Origin: Oopsacas minuta
Lineage: Eukaryota; Animalia; Porifera
DNA length: 64,000 nt
NCBI GenBank assembly: GCA_024704765.1
Contig: JAKMXF010000055.1
Coordinates: 64,255-128,254, forward strand
Direction of reading: 5' to 3'
Under the pieces are notes generated by a model. That model did no database searches and had not been told where the DNA came from. It saw nothing but the letters and a program-made list of their open reading frames with translations. Shown here in pieces: positions 11,145 to 24,359 of this stretch. Position numbers and translations under genes: made by a program. Positions within the stretch are counted from its first letter, which is position 1. Every line of letters starts with the position of its first letter.

Positions 11145-13477
11145 CAGTGGTTCTCAAACTTTTTCTCATTGCGTACCCCTCAAGCTGGATCTTGTGTGTG
11201 ATGTACCCCTTAAAATGGCCTGCACTGTAAATATTAGGTTTACAATCCCTTTTACCCAGTTGTGAAAAATAAGAGTGTTTTTTTATTCTAGCAATATAAA
11301 TAAAGTAGATAATTAATTAGTGGGAAGGATGTGCTTGCATGTTGTGTATCAGGCTATCAATTCGTGGCACAGTTTTTGAAAGGGCCAGACGGAGATCAGC
11401 TTCCACAGACAACCGCGCTCGAAATTTGTTTTTAATTAGTAATAACGCTGAAAATCCTTGTTCACAAAGGTAAGTACTTGGAAACATCAACAAGATTTTT
11501 ACTGCTCTATCTGCCACGTTGGGATATATCAAGCTCATTTCGCACCAGAACTTTGTGAGTGCGAGTGTTTCAAATTGATCTCGGGCAATAGAATCATTGA
11601 CTAATTCAACAAATTCCTCTTGGACTCTGTCTGGTATAGAACTTACATCGCATCTAAATGGATTTCGAATCATTTTCATGTCCAGGTCGCTCAAGTCTGG
11701 GAAGTAAGTTTGAAATTCATTTCGCATTGCTGAGAGGTGAGCCTTTACTAGAGCACCTATACTTTGATCTGTAGTACCCTCTTCTCCAAGAGTTGCTGAG
11801 AGGCTTTCAAAAAAATCGAACTTTCCCACGGTTAACTTTGCTTCCCAGAGTTCTAACTTCATAATAAATGCCCGAATCTTGTCCACACAATCAATCACGG
11901 TAGTAAACCGTCCTTGGAGGGACTTGTTGAGCAAGTTGATCCGCGAGAAGAAGATATCATTTAAGTAGGCGAGTTTTTTCAGCCATTCTTTGTCTGAGAG
12001 TTTGTCGAAGAATACTTTTGACTTCTCTTTCCCATCTCGTTCAAAGAATTCAAGCAATTCGTTTTTCAGTGAATATACTCGAGAGAGCATGTTCCCTCGT
12101 GAGAGCCAACGAACTTCAGTACAGAACAGCAAATTCTGATGTTCAATATCTAATTCTTGGCACAATAGGCGGAACACACGTGTATTAGGAGCACTGGACT
12201 TGATAAAATTGACCATGGTGACAACATCATCAAGAACAAGTTTAGATCGGATGGAAGTGTTTTAGACGCAAGAGCGTATCGGTGTATCATACAGTGATTG
12301 TGTTTCGAAACGGGATTCACTGTCTTTACCCGAGCTCGAAATCCCGAATTAATTCCAAGCATAGCAGGAGCACCATCTGTTGTGCAAGCAGAAACATTCT
12401 TCCAGGATAGTCCCATTCTATCAAAGTAATCAGAGACCTGCTGGAAGACATCTTCTCCTTTTGTAGTTGTTTCCAAACAATGGCAAAATAGGAACTCTTC
12501 CTTGAAGTCCCCGTCTTTGATGTACCGTGCAAATATCAGTAGTTGTGCACAACTAGAAACATCCGTTGACTCATCAAGTTGAATTGAAAATGTGTTCAAC
12601 GGGGCTCCCAAAATCTCAGCAACTACCTGCTGCTCAACGTCATCTGACATATCTGTAATTCGGCGCTTGATTGTGTCGTTCGAGAGAGGCGAGTTTCTTT
12701 TCGGCGCTATCTCCCGAAATGCAGTGCACGATGTCCTTACAACAGGGGAGTATAAGATTTTCTGCAATCGTATGTGGTTTCTTTTCTTGAGCGAATCGCA
12801 AAGCCACCATGTACGAGGCACGAAGACCTGCTTGAGTCTGTTGACTTTCTTGTCCTCTGTGATCTATACTGATTCGCTTTACTCCTACCTCTTGGTGCTT
12901 GAAGAAATCTATATCCTTATCTGCAAGATTTGGGTGGCACCCGCTTAAATGGCGTTTTAGAAAACTTGGTTTCATCGAGCCCTCAGATAGCACCTTATGA
13001 CATATTACACATTGTGGTAGTTCCCGTCCCTCTTTAAGTATGGATGTAAATCCATATTTGATATAGTCTTCATTATACTTCCGTTTCTTAGCAGATTCCA
13101 TATGAATTTGGTGATAAAGTCAAGGTCTCAAAGAAATACTCTTCTAATTACCATTTTATAAGAACAATACGATACATGAGTGGGTGTGATATTCAAATCA
13201 ATATGAGTTGACACATATGTACGGACAATGGAATCCTTAATTAGCATAACTTCAAACAATAAATATTCAAGGGTGATAATAATTAGTGATGAAACCATTG
13301 TAACTGATACATATTAATTATTTGGCATGAAATAACTATCTATGTGCTGAGTCTGTTGACATGATAGTGTGTAACTCGAAATATTTGTATATGATTAGTA
13401 CAGAATTGATATGATTAGGTGAAACACCGACGCACCCCTAGGAAAAGTGCTGGCGTACCCCAGTTTGAGAACCACTG
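11145..13477 (-). mobile_element. Full-length hAT (Buster/Charlie, ZBED5-type) transposon, 2333 bp
   Basis: Perfect 16-bp TIR CAGTGGTTCTCAAACT at 11145-11160 and 13462-13477; 8-bp TSD TCCTAATG at 11137-11144 and 13478-13485. Confidence 0.97.
11317..13101 (-). pseudogene. hAT transposase with two frameshifts
   Basis: BED finger (CVICHK...LKRHL), QLDESTD, TTDGAPAM, HCMIHR, TEVRWLSRG and FPSTYLCEQGFS spread over three overlapping ORFs. Confidence 0.93.
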
Positions 13478-13526
13478 TCCTAATGATATAGGGAAGTATA
13501 ATGTGATTCTAGGGATATAAGTATAT

Positions 13527-13770
13527 AATTATAAATCAGTTAGCATGAGTATCCCTCCTGAATGCTTAGCACATATATTTGCTATACAAATTAAGATCGT
13601 TTGTCTCATCATTATGGGTCAATCATTCCATTGAATTTTGATGTATTAAAGCAAATGCTGAGCTCAGTGTTGTTGTAAATACAATTATAATAGCCACAAG
13701 GTTTACCTTAATACTTCCTAATGATATAGGGAAGTATAATGTGATTCTAGGGATATAAGTATATAATTAT
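13527..13770. repeat. Second unit of a 238-bp tandem duplication; the first unit (10948-11144 plus 13486-13531) is interrupted by the hAT
   Basis: About 3 mismatches versus 10948-11144; contains the single-copy TCCTAATG empty site. Confidence 0.9.
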
Positions 13771-14044
13771 TCTAAAAAATAGATGTCAATTCGGGTCTTA
13801 GGGAGGAGTGAGGGGCGCTTTGGCACCTAACTTGGTACCAAGCCAGAGGAAACTCAAAACTTCATTGGCCTTATGCGTATATAACATTCCAATTTTGATG
13901 TCAGAAATTGTATATCGCTGTTACTGACATTCATTTGTCCTCCCTTAGGGTGTTATGTGTTAATAGGTAATAATTGTCACCGATAAAGTGATGATAATAA
14001 TGTCCAAAAGTTATTTACAGGCATAAGCGGCAATATTCTCAGAA

Positions 14045-14460
14045 ATGTCTCACCTTTGGAACTGGGTCTCCATTCCGTCTCCCTTTCTTACAACAACACC
14101 AGAGTAAACCCGCGATGACAGATAGAGCAACTATAATAGCTATTCCGGTAGGTATTAATGAGTAGTAATAGAGATCTGGATATTCTAAAATGATAAACCA
14201 AATGAATAACGATACTTGTATTAGGTAACAGTGATATTCGCCTAATAGCAAGTTCATACATTAGTAAGGGAAATGTCCACATACGACTTGCTAATAGGTG
14301 AAGTCCACAGTATATAAGTTCCCCCTTCTAAACGGGAGAACAGGAGAGTTCGCTATTAGCTACCATCCTCTACCTCCTGGAAACTTGCTAAATAATGGCG
14401 AACACTCCTGTAGATCAATACAACGAAGTACTCATTGAAATGTGGGCGAATGCACGTGCG
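14045..14460 (-). pseudogene. Single-pass receptor fragment: degenerate Ig-like exon plus transmembrane exon
   Basis: LIPTGIAIIVALSVIAGLLWCCCKKGRR hydrophobic helix with a basic stop-transfer tail; stop-ridden TLLFSRLE..G.Y.C-like exon upstream. Confidence 0.5.
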
Positions 14461-14812
14461 TCAATTGCGGACTCACTTTTATAATCACAATCCTCCAGTA
14501 TACTCCATCTGATAAAATCAAACTTGACAAAATCTCACTCATTTCGTAATACACAATTGACTAATTCTGTAATAGAATATTGAATTGTATACAAACTGAA
14601 ATAACATACTATCCCCAATCAAAGATCACTTATATAACTATACAAGGCTAATGAGCTCTTTACTATTGAACATTTGGTCAATCATATATTATTAGCGATA
14701 ATTAATGGAATTTTGGCCCAAAATACTAATTCCAATTAATTAATATTAGTATAAACTCACCAAAAGCATTCATCTGTAAGTGTGTATAGTATTTGAGAAG
14801 GTGAATTACCCG

Positions 14813-16131
14813 TTAATAATATATTGGTCGGTTTGATATATCTCTATGTACACAATTCTGTGAGTGTAGATACTTTATACCTTTATAAAACTGGATGACG
14901 TAATCGTCTACAATTGAGATATCATCGTCGGTTAGTTTGCTTATTTCTGTCGAGACTTCATTTCGTTCTCTAAGCCATTCTTGTAAATTTGTTTTACACA
15001 GTTCAAGCTGTACACATATCATAGGCTGCAATACAGGCTGGAGAGGAGGAGCAGGAATTAGTGGTTGGCGGTGTCAATCTTGTGCTACAATACGCGTTTC
15101 AGGTTGTTGACGGGTTGGTACGTGTTGCCGATCAAGTCAAATTTCTTTTCTAAAACCTGGCAATGCTTGGGGAAGAAGAATAACATCAGAATCAGAGCTA
15201 GAATCAAATTTTTGACGCTTTGCTAACTGTATTTCTCTCGACCCATTTGAGTCATTAGAATACATTATGTTGCTATCGACGAAACGTAACAAATCTGTTC
15301 CAACAGAGTTTTCATCTTTTTGTCCAGAATTATATCGTTCTTCACCATGATCCTTGATAGAATCGTCATAGTATTTATTAGAGAGTTCCTACTTAGGCAT
15401 CTAGTTAGTCCTGTGTCGTTGGAATCATCTTCATGTCCCAGATTAGACCTTTTAGATACTGAAGAGGCAGATCCGGTCTCACAAGCAGTGCTTTCGATTT
15501 CGCTAGTACCATTTCCAGCATCCTCTCTTTTATCAATTTCGTAATCTAACCAGACACAATAGTCTCTAATCACATTTTCATGACTCAACTTGGCTAACAA
15601 CTGCACTTCTCTCACAAATTCGTGTGGATTCCCCCTCAATTTAATCTTTTTAATCGCATACTCACTATTATCCAGCTTATTTATAACTCTCACTACCACA
15701 CCATGACCTCCTTTGCCCACAGAAATTTGTCTTCCATACTCTAATTCGAGTCTTGAAGTATGCCAAACGTTTCTGGTTTCACCAATTATATTAGATATGC
15801 TAAACTGACTCACATTATAAGGCTGTACTCCATACACTACAGCATCAGAATCCGGTATAGCTAGACTACCTCTATGCTCACCAGCTGACAGTTTAGCAGA
15901 AGCAATAGATAACTCTTTTCTGTACTCCCATCTGAGGGTAATAGGAGGTTCTGTATCCTTCATGTCAAAATATTCTAGATCTGTCTCCAGAGCAGGTTGC
16001 TGCTTCTGCCATACGAGTTTAACTTCAAACTTATCTCCCTTCGTGATATCACGAGGCTGAGAGCGTGTATAAGGCACTTCATGATGTCGTTGTATCAACT
16101 CTACTTCAGGTTGATGAGCTATATAAGTCAT
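14813..16131 (-). pseudogene. eIF2-alpha kinase family (PERK/HRI/PKR-like) fragment, N-lobe to catalytic loop
   Basis: VGKGGHGVV, YAIKKI, REVQLLAKLSHENV, acidic kinase insert, ICVQLELCKTNLQEWL, GIKYLHSQNCVHRD then truncation; the insert carries frameshifts and stops. Confidence 0.85.
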
Positions 16132-17373
16132 ATATATTAGACGTAATTGTACTTATCATACAAGTACTAGTTTAATCATAAGCATAACTCACATTCTCGG
16201 AAGTTCGTACGCGTGGAACCAGTTTAGGCTGAATCAATGGGTTTGTAGGAGAAATAGCATCGGCGGTATAAGAGGGAGATCTTATTTCAATATCTCTGAA
16301 CCTGGAATCACTAGCATGTCTCGTAATAGGGGTATGAGTTTGTTTAAATGGAAGCTGTCCTGGCTCACTAGGAGGGGGAGAGGGAGAGGCACGAGGAGCG
16401 TACTGCATCTGAGAGGATTGAGAGTACACGAAACGAGTTGTGTCATGGGGTAGGGAGCTGATACTGTATATTGGGCTACTTTTGGATGGAATAAACCCGA
16501 TTGTATGTTACTGGTTTCAAAGAGTTGATTTGTAGGCCCCTCCTGTACATAGGGTGCTATTTGATGGTTGCTAGATGAAACTAGATCTCTTCCAGCAGGG
16601 GTAGGCTTTTGATTGGGAGGAAAGGGTATCCGTCTAAACATTTCTCCTTCTAGGGCCTGTGAATAATCTATAACAATAAACAAGGAGGAAAGGAATGTAT
16701 AATCTCAATATTTGATGATAATAATAAGAAATATTTGTTATATCAGTCAAGAAATATAGATTTAGTGGACATATTGACGGATTCAGAGTATTCCACATCT
16801 TTAACCATTATCCTTAATCAATTATTGAATTAATATTAGAAAATTCAAATATTCTTTCTAACAAGTATTTTAGTAATTTTTATGGCAAACAAACAAAAAA
16901 TTGCTAATTAGAATATTAATAAAAATATATTATATTCATGCCATAACAACGAGTCATACCTTCAGGAATGTAGGGTCGTATTGCACCATCGATTCTTGTT
17001 CACCCAACAGGAGCACTAAAGTCGTTTTTGGAGGATATGAAATGTTCCGAGTGAGTTGATGGGAGGAAATGTGTAGTCTAACTTTGCTCTCTTAACTGAT
17101 CGCCTATATAATAGATAATTTGATTCAAACATGCTTCCCTCACCCTTATAGTAGTAGGTGTTATCATACGTAGTATATTGTCTACATGGCATCCAATCAA
17201 ATCGACAACAATATATATATGTACATGTATAGAGCACAAACAGGATCCAAAGAACTGTTCAGTGAATTGGGCCCATCGGCCACCATACATGTCTCATAAG
17301 ATTATCTTTCGCTAATTCTGAATCAAATTTATCCCATACATGTAGCACTCATATCATACCTCTGTACTGATGT

Positions 17374-18109
17374 AACTTTCTCCTCCTTCTCAGAAGGAGA
17401 TTGTCGGATCTGATCGAATTTCGCTTTCAAGTCAGCATGCTGACCCTCAATAACTCTCCTGATTTTCTCCTTGGCTAGAAGAACCTCTTGGTTATTCGAG
17501 CTCTCAGGCACATTTCCATCAGAATATGCCAGAGGTTGACTCACATGTAAACGCTAATAGTTTCAGAAATCAGTATATTAATGTTATTCTCATTCTAAAA
17601 CAAGAGTTATACAATGTCATCTATGATAAATAGGAATTAATAATCAAATAGATATTAAACAATTTGGAAATTCCTCCAAGACTATAATCAGTGAATGAAT
17701 TGTTGATGGATTAGGAGTATAATGTCAGTTCATTAACATCATTACTTGCATAATTAAGCCACTGTTATACAAGTTTGTTGCGTCACGCTTAAGTGGACAA
17801 TTGTGGCCGACACAATGAATATTCGAGTCAGAAAGTGTCAAAATTCTATGTATAAATGAATGATTAAGTCTTTTTCTACGCTATCGACAGCACCAATTGA
17901 GTTAATAGTGTCGTATTAACAAATTTTCAATATTCCTCTACTAGCCAAATTACGTGTGTTAAATAAATCATATTGACTACCTCTAGTTGTAAGAGCATTC
18001 AATTCTTGCAGTCTAGCATTATAACTTATAAAGAACATAATTATGGGAATAAGTCTCTAGTGATAAATACTAACTAGCAAGTTAACTCTATAACTAAAGG
18101 GGAAATACT
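17374..18109. repeat. ~735-bp direct repeat carrying the start of a coiled-coil gene (MSQ..AYSDGN...KIRRVI); copy at 55820-56555
   Basis: Long identical tracts; paralogous ORFs at 17329-17544 and 55700-55990. The adjacent 56556-56760 matches 19274-19485. Confidence 0.85.
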
Positions 18110-18332
18110 AATAGTCATCAGCTAGCTAGGACTGAGGTCCTGTTATCCAACTCAATTGGTTGTACTCTCATCTCTTCAATCTGTTCAGCTATTTGCTCGA
18201 GTTTATTCTGTATAAACTCTTGACATCCTCCATCACATAAGTTACACAACTCATCGCCTGATAGTTGTAAACTCGCATCAAACTCCTCCCACTGTTCAAT
18301 TCCTTGTTCATAGTATTCAATAACTGTTTCCT

Positions 18333-18600
18333 GTAGATCTGTGAAATCGTCAAATTCGTTTTCAATGATGGCTAGAAGTTGGATAGCAATTTCTGTGGTT
18401 ATAATATCACGCCAGCAGGAAATAGGCAAAGGTTATTGTATACATCCACTTACATCCGAAAGTGGATGTATACAATAACCTTTGAGGAAGAGGATGGCAG
18501 TTTAGATGGGTATGAGGACGCTGGTATTATAACCACAGAAATGGCAATTCAACTTCTAGCAATCATTGAAAATGATTTTGAAGATTTCACAGATCTACAT
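18333..18600. repeat. Fold-back: ~75-bp outer arms plus a perfect 25-bp apical stem
   Basis: 18427-18451 is the exact reverse complement of 18460-18484 (8-nt loop); 18333-18407 pairs imperfectly with 18525-18600. Confidence 0.85.
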
Positions 18601-18728
18601 TCACTCATAATCTCGTATTCTTGATATTTATTGCATTCGTATTGTGAGAGAAATTCCCTTGCCCTGTTAAGTTCGAATTGAAACTTGTCACATATAAATA
18701 GGAATTCGAGTTGATCAACATAATCCGA

Positions 18729-21101
18729 CATTGTATGAGCGATGCTAAGCCTCTACTGCGTTAGTAGTCCTGGGAATTCCCCCTGAGGAATTTCCTTTCT
18801 CTTAAGGCCAATCTTTATTTCCAAGCAGTTACCCAATTGCTTATCTGGCATGTAGGTGCTCATTAGTTCTCTTCACTATTGTCAACCCCCTTAGTCTGTA
18901 ATCTTGCTTTACACTGAAAATTTGGAAGGTACCTGTAGTCCACATCCGATAAACTATACTATTATTTGTATAATTAGCAATGACCACACCTAGGGGACCC
19001 CCTCCCGATTACAATTCGGCATTGTCCATGCCCACCAGTGATGTATATTATAGGGCTCTGCAGAGAGAAAACTGGGAGTTACGACTCAATCTCCAATGGA
19101 TGACCAGTAAGTCTAAGCATTATTTTGATGGATTCTATTTTCACATTTTGCACTAATATTTAGGACAGAGGAATATATGGCAATCTAGGGCGGAGAGAGC
19201 TGAAGCGGCCCAGTCCCATAACTGCCTGAAGGGCGTCACAACCATCCCCCATATCCTTGAATGTTTGGTGCAACTCTTTGAATTGTTCCTTCTCCAACTT
19301 CTTAAATTCACTGAGTGGAGAAAGATGATTTACATAACTTTGTATCCTCATAGGGGCTAATATATATTTCAATTTTGATCAGACTAATACCATAACTAAT
19401 ATGTCATATCCCGGCAGCCCAGCGTATCCCGGTAAAATAATACGTAGGAGTGGCTGTGACCAGCTGTTCTATGGTAACGCAAATACCTCCCTACAGGAGC
19501 TGCACTAACAACACAAATATAAGAACAAAACTGAACTCAAGGTTCTTACTAGCTAGAATGCATAAAATAAAACCTGCAACTGTAAATATTTGAATAAGAA
19601 AATAGAAAAGAGACTGTGGTAACGAATTGCTGTGAGGCATTCGATGCGTGTGACTTCCCAATAGGAGTGATTCGTGGTGGTGAGTCTGTACTTTCAAAAT
19701 CGGGGGAGAAGTTAAGAGGAGGAATGTTACCTCGGTTTTAAGAGAGGAGGAAGTATTTGATTATCTAGGCATGAATTGTCTGTTTTGAACCGTATCATTG
19801 TTGGATTGTATTGAAATCAAGCGTTGTTCGCTCAAATAGTATTAGCACAATGCATCAGCAATCTGGAAAAAATACGAATAACAATGAAATTCAGATAAAA
19901 TTATATTTGTATTATAGATTAGATAAAATGGGGTTTATTGGAGTAAAAAATGGGGTTTCAATTTTCTGGAAATGACCCCTATGATAATGTAGGACCTTAA
20001 GGGTTTGAGACTCTGTTATTGCATAACTAATAAATTCGGAAACTTTCATAAGATGTGTTGAAGATTTAGAAATTAAACCTCTAACAAAATGGATAAAAGG
20101 ATGAAAGGAAATTTGAATTAAAAGAATGTATGAAATTGAAAATGAAAATTAGAAGCAAGTTCTGGTTCCAGAGGGGTACATATAGAGGCTTATCTATATG
20201 GAGATGAACTAATATATGTATAATTTGTAAACACCTAAAAATATGTGTTATTCATGTATCAAACAAATATTTGAAAATGTTCCAGAATTCACTTATGTGA
20301 CGTCATTAACGTCTTATCACTTTTCAAAAATGTGTTTTCTCAGATGTTATTACAAATTTTAGTATTTGCTAATAAGAGTCTCTACATCACTATGTTAGTT
20401 CAAATACAATATTCACTAGTCATACAAATCTCAGGTTTCATAGAGGATATTCATAAATGTGTATATATAAACGGAACTCACGATATTTCCTTCGTTTGGT
20501 CTCTGCCCTGTCGCCTCCCCCCATGCCTCCGTAGCGAATTATTTCGCTATGGCCCAGCCCACAACTACCATAAAGACGCCCAAAGAAATAATGACGCCCT
20601 TCAGGCAGTTATGGGACTGGGCCCCTTCAGCCTTCACAGCCCGCCCTTGCCATATATCCCTCTGTCCTAAAAATTAGTGCAAAATGTGAAAATAGAATCC
20701 ATCAAAATAATGCTTAGACTTACTGGTCATCCATTGGAGATTGAGTCGTAACTCCGAATTTTCTCTCTGCAGAGCCCTATAATATACATCAGTGGTAGGC
20801 ATAGATAATGCCGGATTGTAATCTGGAGGGGGACCCCTAGGTGTGGTCATTGCTAATTATACAAATAATAGTATAGTTTATCGGATGTGGACTACAGGTA
20901 CCTTCCAAATTTTAAGTGTAAAGCAAGATTACAGACTAAGGGGGTTGACAATAGTGAAGAGAACTAATGAGCACCTACATGCCAGATAAGCAATTGGGTA
21001 ACTGCTTGGAAATAAAGATTGGCCTTAAGAGAAAGGAAATTCCTCAGGGGGAATTCCCAGGACTACTAACGCAGTAGAGGCTTGGCATCGCTCATACAAT
21101 G
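18729..21101. repeat. Inverted duplication, arms 18729-19238 and 20592-21101 (~510 bp), with a 1.35-kb spacer
   Basis: Arms are near-identical reverse complements over the outer ~400 bp. Confidence 0.9.
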
Positions 21102-21470
21102 TTACCATCCCAACATTTGGCGTTTCATCATTGCATTGAAGCGAGAACAAAAACTTGTATAAGTAAAACACAGACTAACTTTATTGCTGGAGAAAAGCCT
21201 CCAAAACAACAAAAGGATAAAACTAATGAAGAAGACTTAATAGTCGGATATCCGGATACTTTCATACATTAGCCATGGAATATATACGTAGAGTGGCACA
21301 TAGAATTGGCCTAAACGAGACATAAAACTAGTGCACACTCTCCTTATCATTACTTATCATTTTGTTTCAATATTTCCCATTCATTAATCTAGCATTAACA
21401 GTAAATATTTACCACTTTCTACTATACATCTTAATAACATAACCAAATGTCTACGTACCGAACAGTCCGT
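20880..21470 (+). mobile_element. Internally deleted MULE (Mutator-like) remnant
   Basis: FKCKARLQT (FLYWCH-like) followed by IPRTTNAVEAWHRSYN and HPNIWRFIIALKREQ (MULE C-terminus). Confidence 0.65.
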
Positions 21471-22182
21471 ATCCCAATAAAGATCTTTTTCATGCTCCAA
21501 TAAATAAGCATTAAAATCACCAGCAAAATCACATGTCAACTAATTACAGCCAGACTCCTCCGTCTATTTCCTGCTCAAGGGAATTCTGGAGGGGAATTCA
21601 TCCAATTGGTCTCCTCATTACAATCCTACACCTGGTGTTCCTACTCTCTTTCCTTCATCCACACTTGTCACATTCAAGAAATTAAATAATTTTGTGCTAA
21701 TTATTGGGGAAAACAATACGATCGATCGTTAAATAGAAATTAGACAAGAAATCACTAAGAAATAGGAATTAATAAAATTATGTAATTTGTAATTATTATT
21801 ATTAATGACAATTTCCGAACTTATGGGTGTATACAAAATTCCAATTCTTATACATTGTGAATAGACAAAGGATTTGGAAAATTGATATTATCCACATTGG
21901 CTATGTACTGGATAGGCTCCTCCAATTATATCAAATTTTCTTCACCTCTTTTATGAGTATATTTATACACATATGATGAAAAGTGTAACTTGTACGTCTT
22001 TGCCGTTAGTTTCATAATAAATATAGTTGCACGATTTGGGAGCATATTGAATTGACTGGTTTGTGTAATTGAAGAGCAACAAAGGAAATATCGAAAAATA
22101 ATTCAAATAATAGATTGATTGAGGTATGCGAATTAAAATACATACAAAGATTGAATACTTCATAATAGTAAAAATACACTAA

Positions 22183-22560
22183 TTATACGGAAATAAGGAA
22201 GGCCTCTTTTCTCTCCTTCACCTGCTGCTGTCTCTCTGACATCTGTGCACAAGGTAGGAAACAAGCAGGTGGAGGTGGTGCGATAGCAGAGAAGTCGATC
22301 ACATCAGGATTCTGATAATTATTGATCACACGATTCAGAGAACTCAGACCACATTGTATCAGATAATCAGTATTGAGTGATCGAACTGCACGAAGAAACT
22401 TCAGCATGTGGTAGAGACGTGTTTCATTCTCTGATATCAGAGAGGCTACCTCTGAGTATATCTCTTCCCTCACTTGATCGAATGAAGGAGACTCAAGACC
22501 TGGGGAAAACCTCTTCAGTGAATTGGCACTAGTAACAGGAGCAGATTTCCTTCCAGGAGC
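22183..22560 (-). pseudogene. PCM1: Second, diverged PCM1 C-terminal-domain-like fragment
   Basis: DQVREEIYSEVASLISENETRLYHMLKFLRAVRSLNTDYL; paralog of 3656-4486. Confidence 0.65.
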
Positions 22561-23034
22561 AGCAGGTAGCAACAAGGGTACAATTGCAGAATCTTACACC
22601 CCCCCCAACTTTTTTAATGTGGTCAAAAATCCCTATATGCACCGTTCAAGAACTCGTTGAGAGAAGTTGATAGAGCTAAAGAAATCCAAAATCGGATTAA
22701 AATTGACAAAGTTACGAAAAATTTACTCCCTAAGCCAAATCCTATGGGGAAAATTGTATTACTCACTATAGTCAAATTGTATTGATTTATACATTCCACT
22801 ACCATAGGAATGCTCATAATGTTGATATTGCGGTTATACACGCGTGTTACTCTACTCTTTCATGTTCATTTGTTTGCTATTCAGTGTATTTCACTGCAGG
22901 TAATTCTGGTTACTTTGAAGGAAAGCTGGTTATTACATAATTCTGTCTGCAACACTAAATATACAATGCAACATTTCATTTCATATTATGCATGCAACTA
23001 AATTGCATCCTGTATGTGAAGTCGTTCAAACGTA

Positions 23035-23259
23035 CCATACTTGCCAACTGTTCCGTTGGTTGGCGGGACACCACGATTACTCGCCCCGAATATGTGTTGA
23101 CTGCCAATGAGGCTAATGTCCAGCCAAAACTTGACAAAACCCTAATTGTCCCTCTATTTTGTAGTCCAGTCTAATACAAATATGCTGCATCCGACGATGT
23201 CCCGCTCAATTAGCCCCTTCTGTCCCGCATTTTATCTTCACTCATGTTGGCAAGTATGG
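23035..23259. mobile_element. Small MITE with a 14-bp TIR
   Basis: CCATACTTGCCAAC at 23035-23048 and its reverse complement at 23246-23259; no TSD found. Confidence 0.5.
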
Positions 23260-24359
23260 GGTTGACACTTGCCCTGTGTAATACCCCGATAATGTTTAGC
23301 CAGTGCAGAGCAAAAGTATCAAGTTTGGATAGCTAATATAATACGGGTGGTATTTCTTGCCTGAACCAAATGTGCGGGGTCAAATGTCTATTATAGATAA
23401 ACTTGAGCAAGTGTAATCAGTTTGTAACTGCAACACATTCTCATTATAACGAAGTGTTCTGGACTGGTACGGAACCCGGTTACATTTCGTGATCTGCAGC
23501 ATTAGGATATATGCGGAGTAAGATCAATACTTTCAAGCTAGAGGAGGTTTGTGAATCACTTTGTTATAGCGTGAGTTTAGTCATATAATTGATGTTAGCT
23601 TATAACGGAAATTTACAGTACTGGCCCTTATGAGGTCGTGTAACAGGTTCGGCGGTCGCTCCGAACCAATAATTAGCAATGTATATTAATGGTGAGATGT
23701 GATGAATGCTGCAACAGTAAGTTTGTGATTCTTGCGTCCCTACAATGCCAGTATTATTAGACAGTCAACTCCGCTTAATTAGGACAAATTCAGGTAATCG
23801 AGTGAGAATTAGTAACTCACTCAAGACGATTCTCTCTTGATTTAGGAAGTTGTAATAAGCTACGTACTAGGTACATCGCCTAATTTGGGATTAATGTGGC
23901 CAAATCAAATTCTATTTACTAGTTATTGTTATCGGAAGACAATATAACGATCCGAATGAGAAATTTATTTGATTATGGGATTATTTACATAAATTTTCTT
24001 TACAACCAACAATCACCTAAAATATGGTAAATATGCTTGAGATTAAACATGAGAAGTGTGGTAAAAATATGTAGTTTCAGATGTAATTTCTATTGTATAG
24101 ATTTGTTGATGTGTTCATAGTTATACCAGTATCTATTACATACAAAATTTAGTATAATTGGAATGCTGTTTGCTGGTTACTGAGTTGAACAACAAATGGT
24201 TTAGGAAAGTGGCATGCAAACCACATGTAATTATTACTTATAATTAAAGAATACATTCCAAACGATCAATCTTAAGTCAAGTATAAAAGGAATATCAGGG
24301 AAATATAACTAACAAATCCTAATTATTCGAGTTGTGATATTTCTATTATAAAACCCTTA

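Noticed and set aside
19466-19478. RFX X-box-like GTTCTATGGTAAC upstream of ORF 19372-19160 (similar site at ~9170)
   Set aside because: Short, degenerate match that is plausible by chance; the downstream gene is unidentified.
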